From contig CAWJWP010000021.1 in NCBI GenBank assembly GCA_963846495.1, positions 77,185 to 141,184 of the forward strand: a stretch of DNA of 64,000 bases. The letters run 5' to 3'. Both the position numbers and the translations under genes were made by a program. Shown one piece after another: positions 19,701 to 27,654 of this stretch (its first letter is position 1; every line of letters begins with the position of its first letter). Source of the stretch: Thermoanaerobaculia bacterium (GTDB lineage Bacteria; Acidobacteriota; Thermoanaerobaculia; Multivoradales; JAIOJS01). The notes under the pieces are model-generated. The model was not told the DNA's origin. It saw nothing but the letters and a program-made list of their open reading frames with translations, and made no database searches.

Positions 19701-21693
19701 TGTCACCGTTGTTGCTGTTGTTGGCGCCGTCGTTGGCGACGAAGCGGATGATGCGGTCGGGCAGGTCGGTGGGGTTCTGCGAGGTGTTGTTGTAAGTCAC
19801 CGTCTGGAAGCACGCCTGATAGGTCGCTGGCGGCTGGGCGCCGGTGATGGTGAGCGTGGCGGTGCCGGCGCCACCGACGACGAGGCCGGCGCAGGCACCC
19901 GCCGCCAGCTGCTCGGCACCGACGTCCTGCACGTTGGTGATCGTCACCGTCGCCGAGGCGAGGTTCGGATCGTCGGCGTCGGTCACCGTGATGCCGGCGT
20001 CGACGACCACCGGTCCGCCATCCTCGGTGAAGGTAGTGGTGCCGGCGCTGGGCGTGACCACCGGAGCGTCGGGGTTGGGAGCGATGGTCACCGTCTTGTC
20101 GCCGTTGTTGCTGTTGAGAGCGCCGTCGTTGGCGACGAAGCGGATGACACGGTCGGGCGCGGTCGTCGGGTTCTGCGACGTGTTGTCGTAGGTCACCGAC
20201 TGGAAGCACGCCTGATAGGTCGCGGGCGGCTGGGCGCCGCTGATGGTGAGCGCCCCGGTGCCGGCGCCACCGACCGTCAGGCCGGCGCAGCTGGTGGCGT
20301 TGAGCACCTCGGCGGCACCGTCCTGCACGTTGGTGATCGTCACCGTCGCCGAGGCGAGGTTCGGACTGTCGACATCGGTCACCGTGATGCCGGCGTCGAC
20401 GACGACGGGCCCGCCGTCTTCGGTGAAGGTGGTGTTGCCGGCCGTCGGCGTCACCACCGGCGCGTCGTTGCCCGGCGCCACCGTCACGGTCTTGTCGCCA
20501 TTGTTGCTGTTGGCGGAACCGTCGTTGGCGACGAAGCGCACCACGCGCGACGGCGCCGCGGTGGGGTTCTGCGAGCTGTTGTCGTAGGTGACCGACTGGA
20601 AGCAGGTTTGATAAGTCGCCGGCGGCTGGCTGCCGGTGAGGGTGAGCGTGGCGGTGCCGGCGCCGCCGACGGTGAGGCCGGCGCAGGCCGTCGCGTTGAG
20701 TATCTCGGCGGCGCCGTCCTGCGGATTGGTGATCGTCACCGTTGCCGAGGCGAGGTTGGGACTATCGGTGTCGGTCACCGTGACGCCGCCGTCGACGACG
20801 ACCGGGCCGCCGTCCTCGGTGAACGGCGTGCTGCCGGCCGTCGTGGTGACGACGGGCGGCGTGTTGAACAGCAGCGAGGCGTCGATGCGGAAGTAGACCT
20901 GCGTCGCCGGGACGTCAGTCCGTGCGTAGAGCGACGCGATGTCGTCGCCGTCGTTCGTGGCGCTGGGGTCATGGGCGACGCGGAAACCGATCGGCCACTC
21001 GTCGAGGGTGTTGCCGTCGAGGTCCCCGAGTAGGGCAAAGGCCGCGCCGCCGGCGCAGAGCACCAGCGCCACGGTCAGCAAGGCGCGCCGAGGCCGCCGC
21101 CGTAGCTTGAGCGTCGCCGCGCCGGCCAGCAGCAGCAACAGGACGAGCAAGCCCCACTGCCCGAGCGTCGGGATCTCGGCGACACTGCCGGTGATGAAGA
21201 ATTGGATCGGCGCCCCGTTGGCCGTGCCGTCGGTCGTGAACAGGGTGTCGCTGCCGCCGTTGGCGTTCTGCGCGAAGGCCCCGATGCGGATGCACCGACG
21301 CTGCTGCTCGTTCTGGCAGGGATGAAGGGGCGGCGGCGGAAGGGAAGCCGGGATCGGCCAGTAGGTCTCGACGACGTTGAAGCCGGGGAGGTCGCCGTTG
21401 CCGATGCCGACCGGATGGTCGGTGCCGTCGAAGAAGACCTGCGTGTTGCTGCAGTCGAATCCCTCGATCTGCGTCACCATCGCGGCGTTGGGCCCGGTCG
21501 TGGTGTCGACCGTGGTGACCACGCGCTGGTCGTAGCCCATGAAGCCGGAGGCGAAGTCGTTGCACCCCGTTGCCGGATCGTTGTCGAAGTCGATGAAGAT
21601 GGTGAGGTCCGACTGCACCGCGGCCGCGGGAGCGGCGGCGACGATCGTGACCAGGGCGGCGAACAGGGCACGGACGAGCGGGATGCGTCTCAT
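13726..21693 (-). CDS. Giant surface adhesin-like protein (2655 aa): signal peptide, N-domain, internal IPTL motif + two hydrophobic helices, ten Ig/cadherin-like repeats, beta-helix C-terminal region
   Basis: Long uninterrupted ORF with GGAGGG RBS; IPTLGQWGLLVLLLLLAG..RRR at about aa 174; 132-aa FTEDGG...RFVANDG repeats; Thr/Gly/Asn-rich beta-helix tail. Confidence 0.9.
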   Translation of the reverse strand: MRRIPLVRALFAALVTIVAAAPAAAVQSDLTIFIDFDNDPATGCNDFASGFMGYDQRVVTTVDTTTGPNAAMVTQIEGFDCSNTQVFFDGTDHPVGIGNGDLPGFNVVETYWPIPASLPPPPLHPCQNEQQRRCIRIGAFAQNANGGSDTLFTTDGTANGAPIQFFITGSVAEIPTLGQWGLLVLLLLLAGAATLKLRRRPRRALLTVALVLCAGGAAFALLGDLDGNTLDEWPIGFRVAHDPSATNDGDDIASLYARTDVPATQVYFRIDASLLFNTPPVVTTTAGSTPFTEDGGPVVVDGGVTVTDTDSPNLASATVTITNPQDGAAEILNATACAGLTVGGAGTATLTLTGSQPPATYQTCFQSVTYDNSSQNPTAAPSRVVRFVANDGSANSNNGDKTVTVAPGNDAPVVTPTAGNTTFTEDGGPVVVDAGITVTDVDSPNLASATVTITNVQDGAAEVLNATSCAGLTVGGAGTGALTISGAQPPATYQACFQSVTYDNTSQNPTTAPDRVIRFVANDGALNSNNGDKTVTIAPNPDAPVVTPSAGTTTFTEDGGPVVVDAGITVTDADDPNLASATVTITNVQDVGAEQLAAGACAGLVVGGAGTATLTITGAQPPATYQACFQTVTYNNTSQNPTDLPDRIIRFVANDGANNSNNGDKAVDVVPQNDAPVVTPSGGNTTFTENGGAVVVDGAITVTDVDSANLASATVTITNVQDGAAEQLAAGACAGLTVGGAGTSTLNISGSQPPATYQACLQSVTYNNTSPNPTDLPDRVVRFVVNDGALNSNNGDKTVDVVPVDNAPVVTPSGGNTTFTEDGGPVVVDGAITVTDIDSTNLASATVTITNVQDGAAEQLAAGACAGLTVGGAGTSALTISGSQPPATYQACFQSVTYNNTAQNPTDLPNRIVRFVANDGTNNSNNGDKAVDVVPQDDAPVVTPSGGNTTFTEDGGAVVVDGAITVTDVDSTNLASATVTITNPQDGAAEQLNATSCAGLTVGGGGTSTLTISGSQPVATYQTCFQSVTYNNTSQNPTDLPNRIVRFVANDGTSNSNNGDKAVDVVPVDDAPVVTPSGGSTTFTEDGGPVVVDGAITVTDADSTNLASATVTITNVQNGAAEQLAAGACAGLTVIGGGTSTLSISGSQPPATYQACFQTVTYNNTSQNPTDLPDRIVRFVVNDGTSNSNNGDKTVDVVPVNDGPVVTPSGGNTTFTEDGGAVVVDGAITVTDADSTNLASATVTITNVQDGAAEQLAAGACAGLTVGGAGTSTLTITGSQPPATYQSCFQSVTYNNTSQNPTDLPNRIVRFVANDGTTNSNNGDKNVDVVPQDDGPVVTPSGGITTFTEDGGAVVVDAAITVTDADSTNLASATVTITNVQNGAAEQLNATSCAGLTVGGAGTAALTISGSQPPATYQTCFQSVTYNNTSQNPTDLPNRIVRFVANDGTTNSNNGDKTVDVVPVNDPPVVTTTGGTTNFTEDAGAVVIDAGVTVSDVDTANLTSATVSIALPVGPPDGAFEQLNFTACAGLTVGGAGTATLNISGSQPVATYQTCLQSVTYNNLDQAPDAANRTISFQVNDGTDPSNVATKIVTVTPVNDPPVCTNTVNYATPGNTQLHVGTATTPGVAFWPDPVTVLTKCAPTDPDGPAAATVVAASGNSTNGGPFTIDANGNFHFVPATGSIAADTFGYQLTDTVTPSNQTVNIAVGPRVWYIHDVVDANNPGPGDTGRSNNPFDTIAEFNAATTNNGDFIYVFRGNTGATPHSGSISLLDGQKLWGQGIDLDLPGFPNVVTLTNHARIQSTAASTNTVNVTATAGNRQNVEIRGLDLSATGATSNAIDVTSSGGNLVGIRISEDIISGATSEGIDININSTGNSVLALHDNTVTATGNGVDVAETGTGTLAITTFDDNVVSGNTAGSGIRVATAVFDADLGTANLQPVAGGTTVIGASGNPVGTGLNEGGLWMTGITGALSYTDLDVFSSGFALALSGTGIFTGAAGTSIQVVAAPPDNTGTSTMVGNNGAAVAVDNATIDLRLAQITASPTTLSTSGVDFTTVAGQFRAPTGSSITKTAGIGRAFGIDNSAAGTTVLTAVYNGTINNSSATARSVVVNNADTGSTVTFSGAITDTGQGVSLTTNTGATVTFRGGLSLSTGGQPAFAATGGGTIEVCDENPCAPGATGALVNTITTSTGTALNVANTTISANNLEFRSISAGTPGSGPTNGILLNTTGASGGLKVKGTGGAGTGGTIRRCATGISLTSTRDVSLEDMQLNDFTDFAIRGSSVVNFTMDNTTINGVNGDNDATDDSSVRFTELTGSASVTNSSISGGHEDNFTVVNTTGTLNRITFDNVTIGANSNGFGSDGILVEGQNTAVTNVTVQNGDFTSSRGDHFQLNLLGTASADLIFSNNIITNAHPSVVSGGGGIRLTGGAAGSNTTATYNISNNVMRDSNGTAIGVTKGSGAGTFTGTISGNQIGVAATANSGSAAGSGISVILAETGSHTTTITGNTIRQFNNFGIIVQAGGTATVGSGSLKATVTGNTVTNPGTMIFAKNGFQLNSGTLPGETYQVCLTFGGAGAARNSLVGSGTDGGTDFRLRQRQSTTVRLPGYAGANNDDAAVVTFAQNNNNPAGAPSGSATNTVPTGGGWLGTGGGCP
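16900..20860 (-). repeat. Ten tandem ~396-bp (132-aa) intragenic repeats
   Basis: Ten successive PVVT..FTE(D/N)(G/A)G units counted in the translation; shadow ORFs on the + strand recur at 396-bp spacing. Confidence 0.9.
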
Positions 21694-21956
21694 CGATCAC
21701 CCTCCAGAGTCCGGTGGCGGACGCGCGATGCAGCCGAGGTTGTGGTACTTCGTCTCGCTTCCTTTGCGGGTGGCCGCGGGCAGTCACATGGGTCTGCCGC
21801 GGGCCCGTTTCGGGGTGGCGAGCTGTGTTGTGATCCGGGTTTACCCTAGCAGATCACCGCGCAAGAGTGGTAATCGGCGCGGATTTCCGAGGCTCGGGCC
21901 GGGGGGCGAGGGTCCGCGGCGGGAGCGCTGCCGCCGCGGACCCGGAGAGCGATCTG

Positions 21957-22505
21957 TCAGGCGATGGCGCCGGAGTGACCGGCGAGCCGGCGGAGCAGAG
22001 CGGTCTGGCCGATGTGGTAGCCCTCGTGGAAGGCGAGCTTCGCGATCAGGCTGCCGACCGTCTCGTTGGGGTCGTTCGCGGGGCTGAACGGCGCGCGCTC
22101 GGCGAGCCGCTCGGCGGTGAGGCGCGACAGCGCGGCGGTGAGCGGGCCCTGCGCGCGGTCGTAGGCGGCGAGCAACTCTTCGAAAGGCAGCGCCAGCGTG
22201 CCGTCGGTGAGCGGATCGGAGCCGCGGCGATAGCGGGCGATCGTGTCGGCGTCGAAGAGCGGCGCCTCGCCGAGCACTGCGGTCAGCCACAGTTGGCGCG
22301 CGAAGACGATGTGGCCGAGCACCCAGTTGAGGCAGTTGCCACCGGGCTGCGGTTGGCCGAGGCTCTCGTCATGCGTCAGCCCTTTGACGTTGGCGTGCAG
22401 CGCGAAGTGCTCGAAGGCGAGCTGCACGAGCAAGGGCTCGACGAACGGCTGCGGCTTCGTTTCGCTGGACGCGGGCGGGGCGGTCTCGAGCATCGGCGTG
22501 GTCAC
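21957..22505 (-). CDS. DinB family protein
   Basis: GGNCLNWVLGHI and FHEGYHIGQ..LLRR histidine motifs; GTGA overlap with the marR-type gene. Confidence 0.88.
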   Translation of the reverse strand: MTTPMLETAPPASSETKPQPFVEPLLVQLAFEHFALHANVKGLTHDESLGQPQPGGNCLNWVLGHIVFARQLWLTAVLGEAPLFDADTIARYRRGSDPLTDGTLALPFEELLAAYDRAQGPLTAALSRLTAERLAERAPFSPANDPNETVGSLIAKLAFHEGYHIGQTALLRRLAGHSGAIA

Positions 22506-22957
22506 GATTCCTCTCCTTTGCGTAGGTCGACCCCGGTCACCGCGCCGAGGGTGTCGAGGACGGCGCGGAAACCGGCGAGGTCGCGTTGCGGAAGACGCCG
22601 GAGCACCTCGGCCTCCAGCACATCGATCTCCTTGCGAAGGGCGGCGGCGATCTCCTCGCCGGCGCCGGTGAGCTCGACGAGGAAGGAGCGGCGGTCGTCG
22701 GGATTGAGGCGGCGGCGGAGCAGCTCGCGCTCCTCGAGCCGGTCGAGCATGCTGGTGAGCGTCGAGCCCTTGAGCCCGAAGATGCGGCCGAGGTCGCCGA
22801 CGGCGGCGGGGGAGTAGCTGGCGACGTAGGTGAGCAGGTGTCCCTCCTGCGGCAGCACGCCGAGCGCTGTACAGCGGGCCTCGAGATAAGTGCCGATCTG
22901 CCGCGACGCGCGATGGATGGGGGAGAGCAGCTGGAGCGGTGGGCGGCGCGGTTTCAT
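22502..22957 (-). CDS. MarR family transcriptional regulator
   Basis: STLTSMLDRLEERELLRR..NPDDRRSFLVELT..G winged-helix motif. Confidence 0.92.
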   Translation of the reverse strand: MKPRRPPLQLLSPIHRASRQIGTYLEARCTALGVLPQEGHLLTYVASYSPAAVGDLGRIFGLKGSTLTSMLDRLEERELLRRRLNPDDRRSFLVELTGAGEEIAAALRKEIDVLEAEVLRRLPQRDLAGFRAVLDTLGAVTGVDLRKGEES

Positions 22958-22962
22958 TTCGA

Positions 22963-22998
22963 TTTCGGATTATGCGAAAACGTAATATGTGGCGTCAA
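22963..22998 (-). promoter_or_regulatory. Sigma70-like promoter of marR-dinB with overlapping inverted repeat (candidate MarR operator)
   Basis: Minus strand TTGACG-N18-CATAAT, 11 nt before the ATG; palindrome TTTCG-N7-CGAAA spans the -10 box; AT-rich patch in GC-rich DNA. Confidence 0.55.
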
Positions 22999-23060
22999 GA
23001 CCCCCCCGCGACGCGATTTGCGGGTTGACGCATGCACGCCCAGCGGTGCTCGCATGTAGC

Positions 23061-24260
23061 ATGGTCGTCGTGCGCCCGCGGAGCCGGCTCGTGCTTGCCG
23101 CATCGCTGCTCGCCGCCGGCAGCGCGCTCGGCTGCGCGTCGCGCCGCGCTCCGGTAGTCGTCGACGCCGGCATCGTGCCAGTGGAGCAGCCGGCGGGCGC
23201 CGAGACGAGCCCGGTGCCAACGAGCACGCCGATGGCGACCGAGCCGACGACCGCTTCGCCGGCGGAGTCGACGACCCCGACGCCGGTGCCCGCCCCCGAG
23301 ACCGAGCCGACGACTGGTGTCGCGCAGCCGCAGCAGCAGAAGACCTCGCTGCACGAGCTCTGTCACCAGGACCCGGCGTCCGGCTTCATCAACGAGAGCC
23401 GCCGTCTGCTCGCGGAGACTTTTTGTGGGGCCACGCTCTGGTTCGACGGCCTCTTCGGCGGCACTCCCGACGTCAGGAATGCCCGCGCGACGTCGGGGCG
23501 GATCGAGCTCTCGGGTCTGCATACCGACTTTCACGGCTTCGACGAAAGGGTTCGGCTGCGCGTCAATTACGACCTGCCGAACATGGAGCGCCGGGTGCGT
23601 CTCGTGCTCGGCCGCGACGACCCCGAGGTCATCAAGACCGACCGCCAGGAGGGGTTCGCCATCCGTTCGGCGGTGTTCGGGCTGGAGGACCGCGACGAGT
23701 GGTTGGCGGGCCTCGGCTATCGGCCCCCTGGCCGCTATCTCGAGCGCGTCGACTTCGGCGTCGGAGCGCGGGTGAAGACCTCGCCCGAGGTGTTCGTGCA
23801 GGGCCGTTACCGGCGCAACTTCTTCCTCGGCCGCGACGACGTCTGGCGCTTCCGCGAGACGGTGTTCTGGGAGAACCGCGACGGCTTCGGCTCCACCACC
23901 AGCCTCGACTGGGACCGCGTGCTGCGCCGTGACCTGCTCGTGCGCTGGGGCAACGTCGGCACGATATCGGAGGCGACCGAGGGGCTCGAGTGGCGCTCCG
24001 CATTGGTGCTCTACCACAACCTCCGCGACTGGCGCGCCATCGCCGGTGAGTCCTTCTGGCGCGGCGCCACCGGCGCCGAGGTGAAACTGCGCGAGGTCGG
24101 GATCCGCGGGATCTACCGCCACCCGCTGCAGGCGCCGCACCTGTTCGGCGACGTCATCGTCGGCTACACCTGGCCGCGTGAGGAGCCGCACCAGAAGCGC
24201 GAGGGCTCGCTGATGGTGGGCATCGGCTTCGAGCTGCTCTTCGGCCAGCAGCCTTATTAG
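23061..24260 (+). CDS. Putative lipoprotein with Pro/Thr linker and probable outer-membrane beta-barrel
   Basis: Lipobox-like SALG-C; PTPVPAPETEPT linker; alternating amphipathic strands ending ..VGIGFELLF. Confidence 0.6.
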   Translation: MVVVRPRSRLVLAASLLAAGSALGCASRRAPVVVDAGIVPVEQPAGAETSPVPTSTPMATEPTTASPAESTTPTPVPAPETEPTTGVAQPQQQKTSLHELCHQDPASGFINESRRLLAETFCGATLWFDGLFGGTPDVRNARATSGRIELSGLHTDFHGFDERVRLRVNYDLPNMERRVRLVLGRDDPEVIKTDRQEGFAIRSAVFGLEDRDEWLAGLGYRPPGRYLERVDFGVGARVKTSPEVFVQGRYRRNFFLGRDDVWRFRETVFWENRDGFGSTTSLDWDRVLRRDLLVRWGNVGTISEATEGLEWRSALVLYHNLRDWRAIAGESFWRGATGAEVKLREVGIRGIYRHPLQAPHLFGDVIVGYTWPREEPHQKREGSLMVGIGFELLFGQQPY

Positions 24261-24363
24261 GTCGCTGCCGTTGCCGCACCGCCGCGGCGCTTCTGCGGCA
24301 CTGATACCGTAGACGCCGCAACGCGGCGCCGCTCCGGTTGCCGCCACTTTCCCGGAGACAGCG

Positions 24364-25923
24364 ATGGCAGAGCCGGTCGTGATCGAGAGCTACGTCGAGG
24401 ATCGCTGGGTGACGGGCGAGGGCGAAGGCGCGCCGCTGGTCAACCCAGCGACCGGCGAGGTGCTGGCAACGGCGTCGACGGCCGGCATCGACCTCGGCGC
24501 GGCGCTGCGCCACGCGCGCGACGTGGGCGGGCCGGCGTTGCGCGCACTCGGCTTCGCGCAACGCGCGGCGATCCTGAAGACGCTCGCCGGCATCATCCGC
24601 GAACACCGCGACGTGCTGCTCGACGTCGCCATGCGCAACGGCGGCAATACGAAAGGTGACGCCAAGTTCGACGTCGACGGCGCCAGCGGCACGCTCGCTT
24701 TCTACGCCAACCTCGGCCGCGGCCTTGGCGAAGCGCGCTACCTGCTCGACGGCGAGCTGGTGCCGCTCGGGCGTGCGACGCCGTTCGCCGGCCGGCACCT
24801 GTGGGTGCCGCGACGCGGCGCGGCGGTGCTCGTCAACGCGTACAACTTCCCGGCCTGGGGCTTCGCGGAGAAGGTCGCCTGCGCGTTGCTCGCCGGCATG
24901 CCGGTGGTGGTCAAGCCGGCGACGCAGACGGCGCTCGTGGCGTGGCGGATCGCGCAGCTCTTCGTGCAAAGCGGCGCGCTGCCGCGCGGCAGCTGGACGT
25001 TCCTCGCCGGTCCCGCCGGCGACCTGCTCGACCACCTCGAGGCGCAAGACGTGCTCGCCTTCACCGGCTCGGCGGCGACCGGCGCCAAGATGCGCTCGCA
25101 CCCGCGCGTGCTCGCGAAGGGCGTGCGCGTCAACGTCGAGGCCGACTCGTTGAACGCCGCCGTCCTCGGCCCCGACGTCGCGCCGGGCGCGCCGACCTGG
25201 GAGCTGTTCGTCAAGGAAGTCGTGCACGAGATGACGCAGAAGGCGGGGCAGAAGTGCACCGCCACGCGGCGCGTCTTCGTGCCGCGCGAGCGGCTCGACG
25301 AAGCACGCGCGGCGCTGGTCGAGCGGCTGGCGCAGGTTCGCGTCGGCGATCCGCTCGACGAAGCAGTGGGCATGGGCCCGGTGGTGAGCGCGGGTCAGCG
25401 GCGCGACGTCGAAGCAGGCGTCTCGACACTCGTCGCGAACGCCGAGGTCGCGTGGCAAGGCGAAGCGCCGGATGAGCACGGCTTCGTGGCGCCGCGCCTG
25501 CTGGTCGCGAACGATCCGCGTGCGGCAGCCGAGGTGCACCGACGTGAAGTGTTCGGCCCCGTGGCGACGTTGATGCCTTACGACGGCAGCGCCGAAGAGG
25601 CCGGCGAGCTCGTGGGGCTGGGCGAAGGTTCGTTGGTGTCGAGCGTCTACTCAGACGACGGCACGTTCGTCGCCGCTGCGGTGCTGGCGATGGCGCCCTA
25701 CAACGGCCGCGTCCACGTCGGCACCGGCGACGTGGCGGCGGAATCGCTAGGGCCCGGCACGGTGCTGCCAGGATTGGTGCATGGCGGGCCCGGCCGTGCC
25801 GGCAGCGGCGAGGAGCTCGGCGGCATCCGCGGGCTGCACCACTTCATGCAGCGCACCGCCGTGCAAGGACCCAAGTCGGCGCTCGAGCACATCGCCGCGG
25901 AAGCGATCGCGCCGCCGGCGTGA
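24364..25923 (+). CDS. 3,4-dehydroadipyl-CoA semialdehyde dehydrogenase (BoxD) / PaaZ-type aldehyde dehydrogenase lacking the MaoC domain
   Basis: NAYNFPAWG..EK, FTGSAATG, VEADSLN, EMTQKAGQKCTA, EVFGPV, HGGPGRAG.GEELGG. Confidence 0.85.
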   Translation: MAEPVVIESYVEDRWVTGEGEGAPLVNPATGEVLATASTAGIDLGAALRHARDVGGPALRALGFAQRAAILKTLAGIIREHRDVLLDVAMRNGGNTKGDAKFDVDGASGTLAFYANLGRGLGEARYLLDGELVPLGRATPFAGRHLWVPRRGAAVLVNAYNFPAWGFAEKVACALLAGMPVVVKPATQTALVAWRIAQLFVQSGALPRGSWTFLAGPAGDLLDHLEAQDVLAFTGSAATGAKMRSHPRVLAKGVRVNVEADSLNAAVLGPDVAPGAPTWELFVKEVVHEMTQKAGQKCTATRRVFVPRERLDEARAALVERLAQVRVGDPLDEAVGMGPVVSAGQRRDVEAGVSTLVANAEVAWQGEAPDEHGFVAPRLLVANDPRAAAEVHRREVFGPVATLMPYDGSAEEAGELVGLGEGSLVSSVYSDDGTFVAAAVLAMAPYNGRVHVGTGDVAAESLGPGTVLPGLVHGGPGRAGSGEELGGIRGLHHFMQRTAVQGPKSALEHIAAEAIAPPA

Positions 25924-25929
25924 ACGCGA

Positions 25930-26766
25930 TCAGCCGCTGATCCGCTCGACGCCGCAGTAGACGTTGCAGCGGCCGTCGCGTACGAAGCCGACGACCGTCA
26001 TCCCCGCACGCGCCGCGAGTCGCAGCGCGAGCGTCGATGGTGCGCCGACGGCGACCAAGATCGGAATGCCGGCGCGCAACGCCTTCTGCACGATCTCGAA
26101 GCCGATGCGGCCGGAAACGGCGAGGGCGCTCTCGCTCGCGGGCAGACGTTCAGCCAGAAAGAGCGCGCCGACGACTTTGTCGACCGCATTGTGGCGGCCG
26201 ATGTCCTCCCGCGACAGCCGCAGCTCGCCTCGCGAGTCGAACAGCGCCGCCGCGTGGATGCCGCCGGTAGCGGCGAACAGCTCCTGAGCCGGTGCCATGC
26301 GGCGCGGCAGATCGAGAAGAAGCGACAGCGCAATGCGAGGACCTTCAGGAAGCGGTGGGAAACCACTTGCAAAAACCGCGTCGACGGAGGCCTTGCCACA
26401 GAGCCCACAGGCGGCGGTGGAGAGAAACGGCCGCGCGCTCAAGTTCGCGCTGCCGGAGGTCGCGCCGCCGTCTCGCGAGGCGATGCGCGCGATGACTCGG
26501 CTGCCGGGCGCTTCGCCGGCTGCCGACTCTTCGAGGGCAAGCAGATCGGCGGGCCACTCGACGATCCCTTCCGCGTAAAGCAGCCCGGCCGCCAGCTCGC
26601 GGTCATGACCGGGTGTGCGCAGCGTCACCGCCAGCGGCGCCGGCGGACCGTCACCTGCGGCGACTCGGATCTCCAACGGCTCCTCGATCGCCACCGGATC
26701 GGCGAGCTCGCCACGGACGCCGTCGACGAACAACGTCGTCGGCCACGATTCCGCGCCGCCGGACAT
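25930..26766 (-). CDS. fdhD: Formate dehydrogenase accessory sulfurtransferase FdhD
   Basis: EEPLEI, RTPGHD.ELAAG, ACGLCG, F.ATGGIHAA, EDIGRHNAVDK, SGRIGFEIVQK. Start codon uncertain. Confidence 0.93.
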   Translation of the reverse strand: MSGGAESWPTTLFVDGVRGELADPVAIEEPLEIRVAAGDGPPAPLAVTLRTPGHDRELAAGLLYAEGIVEWPADLLALEESAAGEAPGSRVIARIASRDGGATSGSANLSARPFLSTAACGLCGKASVDAVFASGFPPLPEGPRIALSLLLDLPRRMAPAQELFAATGGIHAAALFDSRGELRLSREDIGRHNAVDKVVGALFLAERLPASESALAVSGRIGFEIVQKALRAGIPILVAVGAPSTLALRLAARAGMTVVGFVRDGRCNVYCGVERISG

Positions 26767-26925
26767 GACGGCGCACCGTAGCATGCGCGCCGAGGCGCGC
26801 TCCGCTGCACTTGACATTCGTTTGGGCCGCGGAGGCCAGGAAGTGGAGCGCCGGGCGGGGCGAGTTCTCCCGCCCGGCACAAAGACGGAGTACGCGCCGC
26901 GCGCGGCGTCCCCGCACGCAGAGCA

Positions 26926-27654
26926 TCAACCCGCGGCGGCAAGCTCGGCAGGCTCGCTGCCGGTTGCCTGTTCGTACAGCTGCGAGGCCCGCTCGCAGAT
27001 CATGCTGAAGTAGAGGAACGCCGTGAGCAGCCGCATGAATCCCACGGTGATCGCGCCGACGGCGCGCGAGGTGTTGTGCAGCGTCGGGCCCAACTCGGCC
27101 AGGGGGAGCCTCCGCATGCTCTCCACCTCGCCGACGAAGGTGCGCAGGTCGCTCTGCAGCTCGCGCAGGTGACGGTCCAGCAGGCGCAGCCCGGCGCGGG
27201 CGCCGCCATCGCGTACGCGGCCGGCGAGGTCGTCCCAGAACACGCGCTGCGGCAGCGCTGCACCATGGGCGGCGAGCTCGCGGTACATCGCGTCGACGTC
27301 GATCGCGGCGAAGAACGGCTCCCGCGCGATGAGCGGGTCGGTTCCGTCGACGCCCTCCTGCTCGAACAGCTCGGAGCGCGTTCGCACCAGCGCCTCCCCG
27401 ATCGCCGTGAGGTGGTCGTTGCACGAGCCGAGCAGATCGAGACCGTTGGCGAGCGCGCTGCTGACGCCATCTGCGTTGTTCGCCAGGGCGGCATCGACGG
27501 CATCGTGGAGGCGCTTGAGCCCGAACAGGAAGTCGCCGTTGGCTTCGCGGTGGTGGCGCTCGAGCGCGGCGGCGCGGCGCTCGAGATGCTCGCTGAAGCC
27601 ATTGGTGTATGTGGTCGAGAACCCGAGGAAGCACTGCACCGGTCCCTTTGCCAT
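26926..27654 (-). CDS. Hypothetical all-helical cytoplasmic protein (242 aa)
   Basis: GGAG RBS before ATG GCA AAG; host-like codon usage; no family recognised. Confidence 0.7.
   Translation of the reverse strand: MAKGPVQCFLGFSTTYTNGFSEHLERRAAALERHHREANGDFLFGLKRLHDAVDAALANNADGVSSALANGLDLLGSCNDHLTAIGEALVRTRSELFEQEGVDGTDPLIAREPFFAAIDVDAMYRELAAHGAALPQRVFWDDLAGRVRDGGARAGLRLLDRHLRELQSDLRTFVGEVESMRRLPLAELGPTLHNTSRAVGAITVGFMRLLTAFLYFSMICERASQLYEQATGSEPAELAAAG

Noticed and set aside
16900-20860. CRISPR-like or mobile repeat array
   Set aside because: The repeats are 396-bp in-frame coding units with no spacers.
14131-21033. 2300-aa ORF on the + strand
   Set aside because: Antisense shadow of the adhesin, produced by GC-rich codon bias and repeats; no protein-like motifs.
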